Made by a program: the position numbers and the translations under genes. Shown here piece after piece: positions 1-10,065 of a stretch of DNA of 64,000 bases. Every line of letters starts with the position of its first letter. The stretch's first letter is position 1. The notes under the pieces were generated by a model that did not search any database, was not told where the DNA came from, and worked only from the letters and a program-made list of their open reading frames with translations. This DNA comes from an uncultured Bifidobacteriaceae bacterium (GTDB taxonomy: Bacteria > Acidobacteriota > Vicinamibacteria > Vicinamibacterales > UBA2999). Location: assembly GCA_964643765.1 (NCBI GenBank), contig CAZXTM010000005.1, positions 1,677-65,676 on the forward strand, in the 5' to 3' direction.

Positions 1-1176
1 TACACGTTCGGCAAGTCGAGCCTCGCGCCCCTCGAGGCGTATCGCGAGCACCTGACGATTGTCAGCCGCACGGACGTCCGCAATGCCGAGGCGTTCACGC
101 CGCCGGAGATTGGTGGCGACCACTTCCGCTCGGCCGCGGTGTTCCTGACGCAGTCGCATCCGCACCAGACGCAGGGGTCGGACGTGCGCGCGGGCGTGTC
201 AATCGACCAGATTTTCGCCAACCAGGTGGGCGGCGAAACGCCCATTCCGTCGATGCAGCTGTGCATCGAGAACGTCGATCAGGCCGGCGGCTGCTTCTAC
301 GGCTACTCGTGCGCCTACACCGACTCGATCAGCTGGGCGACGCCGAACGACCCGCTGCCGATGATTCGCGATCCGCGGGCGGTGTTCGACCAGCTGTTCG
401 GCGTGGGTTCGACGCCTGAGGCCCGGGCCCGCCGGCGCCGGCGCGATCGGAGCATCCTCGACTGGGTGACGCAGTCGGTCAGCGACCTGCGGAAGACGCT
501 GGGCGCCGCCGATCAGGCGCGCCTGTCCGACTATCTCGAGGATGTGCGCGAGATCGAGCGCCGCATCCAGAAGGTCGAGGCCAGCAATGCCAGCGGCGAG
601 CCGCGCGATCTGCCCGGCGCCCCAGCCGGTGTGCCCGACTCGTATACCGATCACGTCAAGCTGATGTTCGACCTGCAGGCCCTGGCCTTCACCGCCGACC
701 TGACGCGGGTGTTCGCGTTCAAGCTCAGCCGCGACGTGTCCAACCGCGTGTATCCAGAAACGGGCGTGACGACGGGGTTCCACATTGCCTCGCACCACGG
801 CGACCGCGACGACCGCATTCTGGAATACGCGAAGATCAACACTTACCACGTGGGCCTGCTGCCGTACTTCCTCGACAAGCTGAAGGCGGCACGCGAGGGT
901 GACCGCTCGCTGCTCGACCAGTCGATCGTGATGTACGGGTCGCCGATGGGCAACTCGAACGTCCATAACCATAAGCGGTGCCCGCTGATCCTGCTGGGGC
1001 ACGGGGGGGGCGCGATCAAGGGCGGGGTGCACCTGCCGGCGGCCGATGGCACCCCGATGGCCAATCCGATGCTGTCGGTCCTGCATACGCTCGGCGTGGA
1101 CGTGCCGTCGTTCGGTGACAGCACCGGCGCGTTCGACCTCAATGCACCGGCGACCACCACCGCCGCGGGAGCCTAG
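1..1176 (+). CDS. DUF1552 domain-containing protein (5' end outside window)
   Basis: Frame 1 is open from nt 1 (YTFGKSSLAPLEAY...) to TAG at 1174-1176. The listed ORF 139..1176 is only the internal-Met version. The sequence (SIDQIFANQVG, PSMQLCIE, GCFYGYSCAYTDSISW, HHGDRD, CPLILLGHGGG) fits my recollection of the DUF1552 family. Confidence 0.8.
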   Translation, partial: YTFGKSSLAPLEAYREHLTIVSRTDVRNAEAFTPPEIGGDHFRSAAVFLTQSHPHQTQGSDVRAGVSIDQIFANQVGGETPIPSMQLCIENVDQAGGCFYGYSCAYTDSISWATPNDPLPMIRDPRAVFDQLFGVGSTPEARARRRRRDRSILDWVTQSVSDLRKTLGAADQARLSDYLEDVREIERRIQKVEASNASGEPRDLPGAPAGVPDSYTDHVKLMFDLQALAFTADLTRVFAFKLSRDVSNRVYPETGVTTGFHIASHHGDRDDRILEYAKINTYHVGLLPYFLDKLKAAREGDRSLLDQSIVMYGSPMGNSNVHNHKRCPLILLGHGGGAIKGGVHLPAADGTPMANPMLSVLHTLGVDVPSFGDSTGAFDLNAPATTTAAGA

Positions 1177-1178
1177 CC

Positions 1179-2903
1179 ATGATGCGTGCACCTCGAGTAC
1201 TGCAGATGCTGACGGCCACCGGAGTGGCCCTGACGCTCGCCGTGGGCCTGGCGGCGGCTCCGCCGGCGCCGGTGGCCGAGGCCGCGCAGAAGGGGGACCT
1301 GGCGACGGTGCGGCGCCTGCTGAAGGACGGCGCCGACGTCAATGCGGCGGCCGGGGACGGCACGACCGCCCTGCACCACGCGGCCATGCGCGGGGATGCC
1401 GAGATGGCCTCGGTCCTGCTGGCGGCCGGTGCCAATGTCCGCGCCACCACCCGGCTTGGCGGCTACACGCCGCTGCACCTGGCGGGGCAGCGGGGGCACA
1501 GTGACGTCATCGAGGCCCTGGTGAAGGGCGGCGGCGACACCAACGCGGCCACCCAGACCGGCGCCACGCCGCTCATGATGGCGGCCGCCTCGGGCCACGT
1601 CTCCGCCGTGAAGGTGCTGCTGGCGAACAAGGCGGCCATCAATGCCCGCGAGAAGGCCAATGAGCAGACGCCGCTCATGTTCGCCGCCGCCTTCGACCGC
1701 GCCGACGTGGTCAAGGTACTGGTCGAAGTGGGCGCCGATGTTCACGCGACCTCGAAGGTCACCGACGTCGCGCCCCTCATTTCCGCCGAGGAGGCCCTGC
1801 AGGACGAAATCCGGGTATCGACGCAGCGCAGCGGTGGCCAGGCGCCTTCGCTGAACGCCCCGCCGAAGACCGTGCCGGCAGACGAGATTCCCGGCGTCAC
1901 CCGCAACTTCCGCTACAACGAGCTCATCGGCAAGCAGGGCGGCTTCGGCGCCATTCACTTTGCGGCGCGCCAGGGCAGCCAGGCCTCGGTGGCCGCGCTG
2001 CTCGCCGGTGGCGTCAGCGTCAACAGCCGGTCTGCCAACGACGGCACGACGCCCCTGCTGATGGCGATCATCAACGGGCACTACGATCTGGCCATGTACC
2101 TGCTGGCGCAGGGAGCCGACCCGAACGCCGCGGCCGAGAACGGCGCCGCGCCACTCTACGCCACGCTCAACATCGAGTGGGCGCCCAAATCGTTCTACCC
2201 CCAGCCGCGCGCGCAGCTGCAGCAGAAGACCGACTACCTGCAGCTGATGACCACCCTGCTCGACAAGGGAGCCGACCCGAACGCGCGCCTGCGCAAGAAG
2301 GTCTGGTACACCCAGTACAACTTCGACCTGCTGCGGACCGATGAAATCGGTGCCACGCCCTTCTGGAAGGCCGCGTATGCGTCCGACATCCGGGCGATGA
2401 AGCTGCTGGTGGCCCGCGGTGCCGACCCGAACATCACCACCGTCAAGCCGGCGACCAACAACCGTGGCATGCAGGGCGGCACGCAGGCGCAGGCCGGTCC
2501 CTCGGGCCTGCCCCCGCTGCCCAGCGGCGGCCCCGGCATCGGCGCGCTGCACGCGGCATCGGGCGTGGGCTACGGCGAGGGCTTTGCCGGCAACGCGCAC
2601 CGCCTGGCGCCCACGGGCATGCTGGCGGCGGTGAAGTACCTCATCGAGGACCTGGGCCTTGACGTCAACGCCATGGACGACGATGGCAACACGGCGGTGC
2701 ATCATGCGGCGTCGCGCGGCGACAACGAGATGATCCAGTACCTCGTCTCGAAGGGGGCCGATGTGACCCGCGTCAACCGCGCAGGACTGACGACGCTCGA
2801 CATGGCCAATGGGCCGGTGCAGCGCACCCAGCCCTACCCGGAAACCATCAAGCTGCTCGAGAGCCTGGGCGCCCGCAACAACAACCGCTGCGTGTCCTGC
2901 TAG
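1179..2903 (+). CDS. secreted ankyrin-repeat protein
   Basis: Signal-peptide-like N-terminus (MMRAPRVLQMLTATGVALTLAVGLAAAPPAPVAEA). It is followed by many ankyrin consensus units (G.T.LH.AA..G....V..LL..GA.VN). The ATG lies 3 nt after the upstream stop. Confidence 0.85.
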   Translation: MMRAPRVLQMLTATGVALTLAVGLAAAPPAPVAEAAQKGDLATVRRLLKDGADVNAAAGDGTTALHHAAMRGDAEMASVLLAAGANVRATTRLGGYTPLHLAGQRGHSDVIEALVKGGGDTNAATQTGATPLMMAAASGHVSAVKVLLANKAAINAREKANEQTPLMFAAAFDRADVVKVLVEVGADVHATSKVTDVAPLISAEEALQDEIRVSTQRSGGQAPSLNAPPKTVPADEIPGVTRNFRYNELIGKQGGFGAIHFAARQGSQASVAALLAGGVSVNSRSANDGTTPLLMAIINGHYDLAMYLLAQGADPNAAAENGAAPLYATLNIEWAPKSFYPQPRAQLQQKTDYLQLMTTLLDKGADPNARLRKKVWYTQYNFDLLRTDEIGATPFWKAAYASDIRAMKLLVARGADPNITTVKPATNNRGMQGGTQAQAGPSGLPPLPSGGPGIGALHAASGVGYGEGFAGNAHRLAPTGMLAAVKYLIEDLGLDVNAMDDDGNTAVHHAASRGDNEMIQYLVSKGADVTRVNRAGLTTLDMANGPVQRTQPYPETIKLLESLGARNNNRCVSC

Positions 2904-2968
2904 GGACTCGCGGCGGGGCCTCGGGCCGCGCGCCATCGGGGTCGGCGTATACTCGCGACAGGGCCATC

Positions 2969-5485
2969 ATGCGACGTCACGCTGCGCTTCGGGTCGGGGG
3001 GCTGTGCCTCCTGCTGCTGCAGGCAGGCGCGTGGTCACCGGGCGTCGCCGCCCAGTCACCGCCTCAGGCATCTCCGGCGCGATCGCGCCCCGCCGCCGAG
3101 GCGGCGCTGAAGGCGGGCCGCTACGACGACGTCGAGCGGCTGACAGCGGACGGGGTCACTGACGAATCCCTCCTCGTGCTCCGTGCCCGCGCCGCCCGGG
3201 CCATCGGCGAGTACGACCGGGCGCAGACCCTGCTGGTCCCTGCCGCTGAACGAGCCCGAGCGGGCGAGGCCGCGCTCGACCTCGGCCTGCTGCAGCTGTA
3301 TCGCGGGCAGCGGCCGCAGGGGCGCCGCACGCTCGAGCAGGTGCTGCTCGGGGCGCAGGATGCGGTGACCGCCAGTGACCTGGCGCGCGCCGCCCGGGCC
3401 GCCCGGGCCCTCGGTCGCTTTGAAGACGCCAACACCCTCTTCCGTGATGCCAACCGCCTGACGCCGGACGACCCGGCCATCAACACGGCGTGGGGTGATC
3501 TGTTCCTCGAAAAGTTCAACAAGGCCGAAGCGACGCAGTCGTTCCAGGCGGCCCTCAAGGTCGATCCCGCGGACCAGGGCGCGCGGATGGGCATGGCGCG
3601 TGCGCTGGCGGACGAGAATCCTCCGGAGGCTCGCCGATTCATCGACCAGGTGCTGGCCGACAACCCGAGACACACCGAGGCGCTAGTGGCGCTGGCCGCG
3701 GCGGCGATTCAGCAGGATCGCAAGGCCGAGGCTCGCGAGTGGATCGCCAAGGCCCTGGCCGTCAATCCGCAGAGCCGCGAAGCGCTGGCCCTCGAGGGCG
3801 GCCTGGCCTACGTGGAAGGGCGCAGTGACGATCTGGCGCGCATCGAGGCGCGCGTCCGCGCCATCCATCCGGCCGACGGCGAGTTTCACCGCACCCTCGG
3901 AGAGGTGACGGCGGGTTATTACCGCTTCGAGGAAGCGGCGACGCATGTCCGCCGCGCACTGCAACTCGACCGCGAGCACTGGCGGGCCTATGCCGACCTC
4001 GGGGCACACCTCATGCGCATCGGCGACGAGGCCGGTGCGCGGCGCATGCTCGAGATGGCGTTCCGGCAGGACCCTTACGACGTCGTGACGTTCAACCTGC
4101 TGGGCGTACTCGATGCGCTCGAGAAATTCGGGCGCATCAGCGAGGGGCCGCTCGTCATCAGGCTGCATGAAGATGAAGCGCCGGTGATGTCGCACTATGT
4201 CCCGGCGCTGGCGCGCGAGGCCTTCGAGACACTCAGCCGCACCTGGGAATTCACGCCGACCGGCCCGATCCTGATCGAGATGTTCCCCCGGCATGATGAC
4301 TTTGCGGTGCGTAATCTGGGGCTGCCGGGCCTGCTCGGCGCACTGGGCGCCTGCTTCGGGAAGGTCGTCACGCTCGATTCCCCGAAGGCGCGTCCCCCCG
4401 GCGAGTTCAACTGGGGCGCCACGCTGTGGCACGAGATGGCCCACGTCATCACGCTGCAGCTGTCGGGCCAGCGCGTCCCGCGCTGGCTGACCGAAGGGGT
4501 GTCGACCTTCGAGGAAACCCGCGCCGGGCGCGACTGGGGTCGCGAGATGGATGTCACCTTCGCGCGCGCCCTCGAGGCCGGCAAGGTCTTCCCCCTGAAA
4601 GACCTCAACAGCGGATTCACCAGCCCCGAGACCATCTCGCTGGCCTACTTCCAGTCGTCGCTCATCGTCGAGCACATCGTCGAGCGGTTCGGGCAGCCGC
4701 GGCTGCGGGCGCTGGTGCAGATCTACGCCACCGGTGTCGACACGGAGGCGGCCGTCACGCAGACGCTGGGCGTGCCGCTCGACAACCTGCAGGCGAGCTT
4801 CACCCAGTTCCTCGAGGCGCGCTACGGGGGGCTGCGCCAGGTGCTGAAGGCTCCCGCGGATCTCGAGAAGGTCACGACACCTGAGGCGCTCGAGGCGCTG
4901 GCACGCCAGCATCCCGAGTCGTTCCCCGTGCAGATGGCGCTCGGCGAGGCGCTCCGTGCCTCGCAGCCGGCGCGGGCGCTGGCGGCCTTCGAGAAGGCGG
5001 CGGCCCTCGTGCCGAATGCCCCGGGCGACGAAAATCCCCTGCGCGCCGTGGCCGATGTGGCGCAGGGGCTCAAGCAGCCTGCCAAGGCGATTGATGCCCT
5101 TGATCGGCTGGGCGCGCTCGACCCTGCGGCGCTCACTGCGGCACGCACCCTGGCCACGCTGGCCGACCGGAAGACGCAGCCGGCCGTGCTCGAGCGTGCC
5201 CTGCGCCGTGCGGTCGCCGTCGATCCGTTTGACGCACCGTCGCATACGACCCTCGGGCAGCTCGCCATGGCCGATCGTCGCCACGCCGATGCCGTGCGCG
5301 CCTTCCGCGTCGCCCTCGCGGCGCGTCCCGTTGATCGTGCGGGGGCCCATGCGGATCTCGCCGAGGCCCTCCTTGCCGTTGGACAGAAGGACGAGGCGCG
5401 CCGTCAGGTGCTGGCCGCGCTTGAGATTGCCCCCACCTACCCGCGTGCGCAGGAGCTGCTGCTGGCCTTGAGCGGGGGACGGTGA
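2969..5485 (+). CDS. TPR-repeat protein with embedded peptidase-MA-like zinc metallopeptidase motif
   Basis: Signal-like N-terminus and Ala/Leu/Arg-rich TPR-type repeats in both the N- and C-terminal thirds. The central segment is ATLWHEMAHVITLQLSGQRVPRWLTEGVSTFEE (HExxH plus a downstream W..EG, as in the Peptidase_MA_2 family as I recall it). Confidence 0.8.
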   Translation: MRRHAALRVGGLCLLLLQAGAWSPGVAAQSPPQASPARSRPAAEAALKAGRYDDVERLTADGVTDESLLVLRARAARAIGEYDRAQTLLVPAAERARAGEAALDLGLLQLYRGQRPQGRRTLEQVLLGAQDAVTASDLARAARAARALGRFEDANTLFRDANRLTPDDPAINTAWGDLFLEKFNKAEATQSFQAALKVDPADQGARMGMARALADENPPEARRFIDQVLADNPRHTEALVALAAAAIQQDRKAEAREWIAKALAVNPQSREALALEGGLAYVEGRSDDLARIEARVRAIHPADGEFHRTLGEVTAGYYRFEEAATHVRRALQLDREHWRAYADLGAHLMRIGDEAGARRMLEMAFRQDPYDVVTFNLLGVLDALEKFGRISEGPLVIRLHEDEAPVMSHYVPALAREAFETLSRTWEFTPTGPILIEMFPRHDDFAVRNLGLPGLLGALGACFGKVVTLDSPKARPPGEFNWGATLWHEMAHVITLQLSGQRVPRWLTEGVSTFEETRAGRDWGREMDVTFARALEAGKVFPLKDLNSGFTSPETISLAYFQSSLIVEHIVERFGQPRLRALVQIYATGVDTEAAVTQTLGVPLDNLQASFTQFLEARYGGLRQVLKAPADLEKVTTPEALEALARQHPESFPVQMALGEALRASQPARALAAFEKAAALVPNAPGDENPLRAVADVAQGLKQPAKAIDALDRLGALDPAALTAARTLATLADRKTQPAVLERALRRAVAVDPFDAPSHTTLGQLAMADRRHADAVRAFRVALAARPVDRAGAHADLAEALLAVGQKDEARRQVLAALEIAPTYPRAQELLLALSGGR

Positions 5486-6297
5486 TGGCGCGGCGACGCC
5501 TGATGGGCTGGGTGCGGTTGCCGCTGGTGTGTGGCCTGGCGGTGGCGATGTGGATGGCCGCCGTGGCGGTGGAGGCGCAGATTCCCGCCATGCCGGGAGA
5601 CCGCCTGGCTGGCCTGCAGTGGTCCTTCGCACGCGTCAAGTACACCGCGTCCTATGAACGTCTCGGTGCCGGCCGTCCCCGCATGAGCTTCTGGGACGAC
5701 CCCTGGGCGATTGACGCGCCCGCTGCCGAGCAGAACCTGTCGAGGCGCATCCGGTCCGTGACGGCGATCCATGTGGGCGAGCCCGTGGTCATCGAGTTGA
5801 CCGACGAACGGCTGTGGCAGTTCCCCTGGCTCTACCTGGTGGAGCCCAGCAACCTCGACCTGCAGCCGAACGAGATTCCGATTCTCCGCGAGTTCCTCCT
5901 GCGGGGCGGCACGCTCACGTTCGACGACTTTCATGGTCCGTATGAATGGGAGCTGACGGTGCAGCAGATGGCGCGGGTGTTTCCCGACCGCGAGATCGTC
6001 GAGCTGACGCCGCCGCATCCCATCTTTTCGTCGTTCTACCAGCTCGACCGCTATCCGCAGATTCCCGGCCTTGGCTCGTTCTTCAGCGGGCGCACCTGGG
6101 AGAAGGGCGGGTTCCAGGCGCACCTGCGCGCCATTCTCGACGATGATGGTCGGCCCATGGTGCTGTTCAACTGGAATACCGACATGGGCGACGGCGTCGA
6201 GTGGTCGAACGCCGAAGAGTATCCGGGCTACCTCCGCTGGACAGCACTGGCCTATCAGATGCTGATCAACGAGGTGGTGTATTCACTCACGCACTGA
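5482..6297 (+). CDS. DUF4159 domain-containing protein
   Basis: ATGA overlap with the upstream stop and an N-terminal hydrophobic segment. The conserved stretch FPWLYLVEPSNLDLQPNEIPILREFLLRGGTLTFDDFHG resembles the DUF4159 proteins that precede MoxR/DUF58/BatA clusters. Confidence 0.72.
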   Translation: MMARRRLMGWVRLPLVCGLAVAMWMAAVAVEAQIPAMPGDRLAGLQWSFARVKYTASYERLGAGRPRMSFWDDPWAIDAPAAEQNLSRRIRSVTAIHVGEPVVIELTDERLWQFPWLYLVEPSNLDLQPNEIPILREFLLRGGTLTFDDFHGPYEWELTVQQMARVFPDREIVELTPPHPIFSSFYQLDRYPQIPGLGSFFSGRTWEKGGFQAHLRAILDDDGRPMVLFNWNTDMGDGVEWSNAEEYPGYLRWTALAYQMLINEVVYSLTH

Positions 6298-6319
6298 CGA
6301 CGCGAGGACGACCGACGAC

Positions 6320-7327
6320 ATGAACGAACCGATGCACGACATGCCCGCGCTGGCGCGGCAGGTGGCGCAGCAGCGCGAGCAGGTGCTGACTGAATTGCGC
6401 AAGGTGATCGTCGGTCAGGACGAGGTGGTCGATCAGGTGCTGATGTCGCTCTTCTGCGGCGGGCACTGCCTCATCACCGGCGTGCCCGGGCTGGCGAAGA
6501 CGCTGCTCGTCAAGACGCTCGCCCAGATTCTGCACCTGCGGTTCAAGCGCATCCAGTTCACGCCCGACCTGATGCCCGCCGACATCACCGGCACCGAGGT
6601 GCTCGACGACGAGGGGGGCCGGCGCGCGCTGCGCTTCGTGCACGGGCCAATCTTTGCGCAGATCATCCTGGCCGACGAAATCAACCGCACACCGCCGAAG
6701 ACGCAGGCAGCGCTGCTCGAGGCGATGCAGGAGTATCACGTCACCGCGGCGGGGCGCACCTACGAACTCGAGCGGCCGTTCTTCGTGCTGGCCACGCAGA
6801 ACCCGATCGAGCTCGAGGGCACCTATCCGCTGCCCGAGGCGCAGCTCGACCGGTTCCTTTTCAACGTGGTCATGACCTACCTCTCGGAAGACGACGAGGT
6901 GCGCGTGGTCACGGGGACGACGGGCCGGGCCGGTGCCGAGCCGCAACGCGTGCTCGACGGCAACGACATCCTGCGCATTCAGGAGGCGGTGCGATCGGTC
7001 CTGGTGGCCGAGGACGTTGCTCGATACGCCGTGCGGCTGGTCGACAGCACGCGGCCGGGCCGTGGAGCGCGCCTCGACTTTGTCGATCAGTATGTGAAGT
7101 GGGGGGCGGGCCTTCGCGCGTCGCACGCCCTGGTGCTCGGCGCCAAGGCGCGCGCGCTCGTGAATGGCCGTCTGCACGTGAGCGTGAAGGACGTGCAGGC
7201 CCTGGCGGCACCCATTCTCAGGCACCGCGTCGTGCCGAACTTCTACGCCGAGGCCGAGGGCATGACGCCCGACCGCCTCATCGAGCGGCTGGTGGCCGCC
7301 GTGCCGGTACCGACCAGCGGACTTTAG
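6320..7327 (+). CDS. moxR: MoxR-family AAA+ ATPase
   Basis: Walker A (GVPGLAKT), Walker B (ILADEINR) and the MoxR-typical segments TPPKTQAALLEAMQE and FFVLATQNPIE..GTYPLPEAQLDRF. Confidence 0.93.
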   Translation: MNEPMHDMPALARQVAQQREQVLTELRKVIVGQDEVVDQVLMSLFCGGHCLITGVPGLAKTLLVKTLAQILHLRFKRIQFTPDLMPADITGTEVLDDEGGRRALRFVHGPIFAQIILADEINRTPPKTQAALLEAMQEYHVTAAGRTYELERPFFVLATQNPIELEGTYPLPEAQLDRFLFNVVMTYLSEDDEVRVVTGTTGRAGAEPQRVLDGNDILRIQEAVRSVLVAEDVARYAVRLVDSTRPGRGARLDFVDQYVKWGAGLRASHALVLGAKARALVNGRLHVSVKDVQALAAPILRHRVVPNFYAEAEGMTPDRLIERLVAAVPVPTSGL

Positions 7328-7331
7328 GCGC

Positions 7332-8225
7332 ATGGCGGCACCGTCGCGGTTTCTCGATCCGTCGGTGGTCGCCCGGCTGGGCACCATCGACATCAAGGCC
7401 CGCACCATCGTCGAGGGCTTCCTGAGTGGACTGCACCGCAGTCCCTTCAGGGGCTACAGCGTCGAGTTTGCCGAGTATCGGCCCTATCTGCCCGGGGATG
7501 ATCTGGCGACGCTCGACTGGAAGGTGTTCGCCCGCAGCGACCGGCATGTCGTGAGGAAGTTCGAGCACGACACCAATCTCGAGTGCCATCTCGTGCTCGA
7601 CGTCAGCCGGTCGATGAGTTTTGCATCGGGGCCGGTGTCAAAGCTCGAGTATGGATCGTATGTGGCGGCGACGCTGGCCTACCTGATGCACCGGCAGCAC
7701 GATGCGGTGGGCCTCGTGACCGTCGACGATCGCATCCGCTTCCGCCTGCCTCCGGGCGTGCGGTCGGGGCACCTGCGGGCGCTGCTGCTGGCCCTCGAAC
7801 GGCTGGTGCCCGGGGCAGAGACACGGCTGGCCACGCCGTTCAGCGATCTGGTCGAGGCGATCGATCGGCGCGGGCTCGTGGTCGTCATCTCCGACCTGCT
7901 CGACGAACCGGAAGCCGTTGTCGATGGACTGTCGCACTTCCGGCACAAGGGCACCGATGTGGTGGTGTTCCAGGTGCTCGATCCCCAGGAGCGTGAATTT
8001 CCGTTCGAGCGAGCCGCACGGTTTCGCGACATGGAGACGGGGTCGGAAGTCGCGCTGGTGCCTGGCGAGATGCGCGAGCGCTACGTGGCGCGCATGCGCG
8101 AGCAGGTGGCCCAGTATCGCCATGCCCTCGGGCGGCACGGCATTGACTACTGCCTGCTGACCACGACTGACCCGCTCGACACGGCACTGTTGCGCTACCT
8201 GCAGACACGAAGGCGGCTTCGCTAG
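7332..8225 (+). CDS. DUF58 domain-containing protein (vWA-like)
   Basis: Canonical DUF58 N-terminus (GLHRSPFRGYSVEFAEYRPYLPGDD...DWKVFARSD) and a MIDAS-like DVSRSM. It lies directly downstream of MoxR, as is typical. Confidence 0.88.
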   Translation: MAAPSRFLDPSVVARLGTIDIKARTIVEGFLSGLHRSPFRGYSVEFAEYRPYLPGDDLATLDWKVFARSDRHVVRKFEHDTNLECHLVLDVSRSMSFASGPVSKLEYGSYVAATLAYLMHRQHDAVGLVTVDDRIRFRLPPGVRSGHLRALLLALERLVPGAETRLATPFSDLVEAIDRRGLVVVISDLLDEPEAVVDGLSHFRHKGTDVVVFQVLDPQEREFPFERAARFRDMETGSEVALVPGEMRERYVARMREQVAQYRHALGRHGIDYCLLTTTDPLDTALLRYLQTRRRLR

Positions 8226-10046
8226 ATGGGTGCGCTGTCGTTCCTCGCGCCGCTGTATCTGCTCGGTGCTCTGGCCACTGCGGTGCCGCTGGCACTGCAC
8301 CTCTACCGTCGGCGCACGGAGGAAGTGATCGAGTTTTCGTCGATTGCGTGGCTGCAGGCGGTGCCGGTCGAGACGCAGCAGCGGCGTCGGCTGCGTGACT
8401 GGCTGTTGCTGGCCCTTCGCGTGGCGGCTCTGTTGCTGCTGGCGTCCGCCTTTGCGCGGCCATACCTGGCAGCAGGCGAGACGTCTGACATGCGGCCGGT
8501 GACGGTGATTGCCGTCGATGCCTCGGCCAGCATGGCGGCTCCGGGCGTCTGGCCGCGGGCCCAGCAGGAAGCCCTGGCGGTACTCGACGCCATGTCGGAG
8601 GGCGAGGCGGTGGCCCTGGTGCGGTTCGATGCGAAGGCGACCGTGGACGTCGCGCCGACCACAGACCTCGCGGCTGTGCGGCGCGCCGTGTCGGCCATGC
8701 AGCCCGGCGACGGCACGACGGCCCTCCATGCCGCACTGCGGCAGGCCGCCGAGCTCATCGGTTCGCGTGACGGACGACTGGTGCTGGTGTCAGACCTGCA
8801 GCAATCCGGATGGGAACGGCAACTCGCCGGCGTGGTGCCCGAGTCGGTGGCCATCGACGTGCGGGCCATCGAAGGGGCGCGTGGCAACCTCGCCATCGCT
8901 GGGGTCTCGGCATCGTCCACGTCTGCCGTTGCCGGACAGCCAGTCTCACTGTCCGTGTCGCTTCGGAACTTCGGCGTGGCGCAGCAGCAGACCACGGTCA
9001 CCGTGCAGGGGCCGCCGGGGACCGTGCTGGCGACACAAGCCGTGACCGTGGCGCCGCAGAGTGCCGTAGCCGTGTCACTGCCGCTGCCATCCCTGCCTGC
9101 CGAGGCGATGGTGGCCATCGACGATGACGAGGGAATGCCCTCGGACAACCGCATGGCCTGGTCGTCGGCACGACGCGATGTGGCACAGGTGACCGTGCTG
9201 GTGGCCACCCCGGGTGGAACCGACGGGCTGTATGTCGAGCGGGCCCTCGAGGCCGTCGCGACACGTCGGCCGCTGCAGGTGTCGGTGATCGACGGCCTCG
9301 CGTATTCGGCGGCGCCCCAGACCGGGGCCGCCCAGTCTGAACTGCTGGTCGTGCTCGGGTCGCGAACGCTCACGCGCCAGGGGCGTGCCCGCGTGAAGGC
9401 GCATGTCGATGCCGGTCGGCCGCTGCTTGTCACGCTCGGCCCGCAGATCGACCGGGAAAGTCTGCGCGAGTGGCTGGGGCGCCCGTTGGCGCTGCATCCC
9501 GGCGACGTGGATCGGGCCGACCTGGGTCTGCCGCTTGTGATTGACGATGTGCGCCATCCGGTGTTCCGTGGGACCAGGCCGTCCGACGCCACGTTCGGCG
9601 ACATTCCGGTCGCGCGCTCGGCCCGGGTCTCGGGCCTCGATGGATGGCGCGTGCTGGCCCGGGTGAGTGACGGGGTGCCGGTGCTGCTTGAGTCGGAGGC
9701 CCCGGGGGCCCGCGTCCTGCTGTGGGCCTCGGATTTCGACCAGCAGTGGAACCGCTTTCCGCTGGCTCCCGCCTTCGTGCCGTTCATGGCTGACACCGTG
9801 GCCTATCTGCTCGGGCAGGGGATGGGTGTGGACGGGGAGCGCACGGCGTCCGGTGAGGGCAATCCGTGGCCCCTGTCGGCTGAGGCCCTGCTGGCGGCCA
9901 TTCCGCGGGGGCCGCGGCCGCAGGCGCCTCCGCCCGAGGTCAGCGCCCGGCGCCTCGAGGCCGAGCAGCAGTGGTGGCAGGCGGGCCTGCTGCTGATGCT
10001 GACGGCCCTGGTGACCGAAGGCTGGGTCGGGCGACGCGCCCGCTGA
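8226..10046 (+). CDS. BatA-N-terminal double-transmembrane / vWA domain membrane protein
   Basis: Starts 1 nt after the DUF58 stop. The N-terminus FLAPLYLLGALATAVPLALHLYRRR is typical of the aerotolerance BatA N-terminal domain. MIDAS DASAS (VIAVDASASM) and a C-terminal TM segment are present. Confidence 0.8.
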   Translation: MGALSFLAPLYLLGALATAVPLALHLYRRRTEEVIEFSSIAWLQAVPVETQQRRRLRDWLLLALRVAALLLLASAFARPYLAAGETSDMRPVTVIAVDASASMAAPGVWPRAQQEALAVLDAMSEGEAVALVRFDAKATVDVAPTTDLAAVRRAVSAMQPGDGTTALHAALRQAAELIGSRDGRLVLVSDLQQSGWERQLAGVVPESVAIDVRAIEGARGNLAIAGVSASSTSAVAGQPVSLSVSLRNFGVAQQQTTVTVQGPPGTVLATQAVTVAPQSAVAVSLPLPSLPAEAMVAIDDDEGMPSDNRMAWSSARRDVAQVTVLVATPGGTDGLYVERALEAVATRRPLQVSVIDGLAYSAAPQTGAAQSELLVVLGSRTLTRQGRARVKAHVDAGRPLLVTLGPQIDRESLREWLGRPLALHPGDVDRADLGLPLVIDDVRHPVFRGTRPSDATFGDIPVARSARVSGLDGWRVLARVSDGVPVLLESEAPGARVLLWASDFDQQWNRFPLAPAFVPFMADTVAYLLGQGMGVDGERTASGEGNPWPLSAEALLAAIPRGPRPQAPPPEVSARRLEAEQQWWQAGLLLMLTALVTEGWVGRRAR

Positions 10047-10065
10047 TTCGCGTACGATACGGCAT

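Noticed and set aside
1173-2936. 587-aa ORF antisense to the ankyrin gene.
   Set aside because: Arg/Gly/Ala/His-rich composition typical of shadow ORFs in high-GC DNA. It fully overlaps a gene with clear ankyrin repeats, and no motif is recognisable.
2909-2953. 6-bp stem (CGCGGC...GCCGCG) plus a TATACT hexamer between the ankyrin and TPR genes as an internal terminator/promoter pair.
   Set aside because: The stem is short with a 10-nt loop, and the hexamer lies 15 nt from the ATG without a -35 element or repeats. It is plausible but not supportable from sequence alone.
3683-5632. 649-aa ORF antisense to the TPR/peptidase gene, plus several other 100-200-aa ORFs in this interval.
   Set aside because: Same shadow-ORF composition (R, G, P, A rich). 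The sense-strand gene has a coherent TPR plus HExxH architecture and operon-style junctions.
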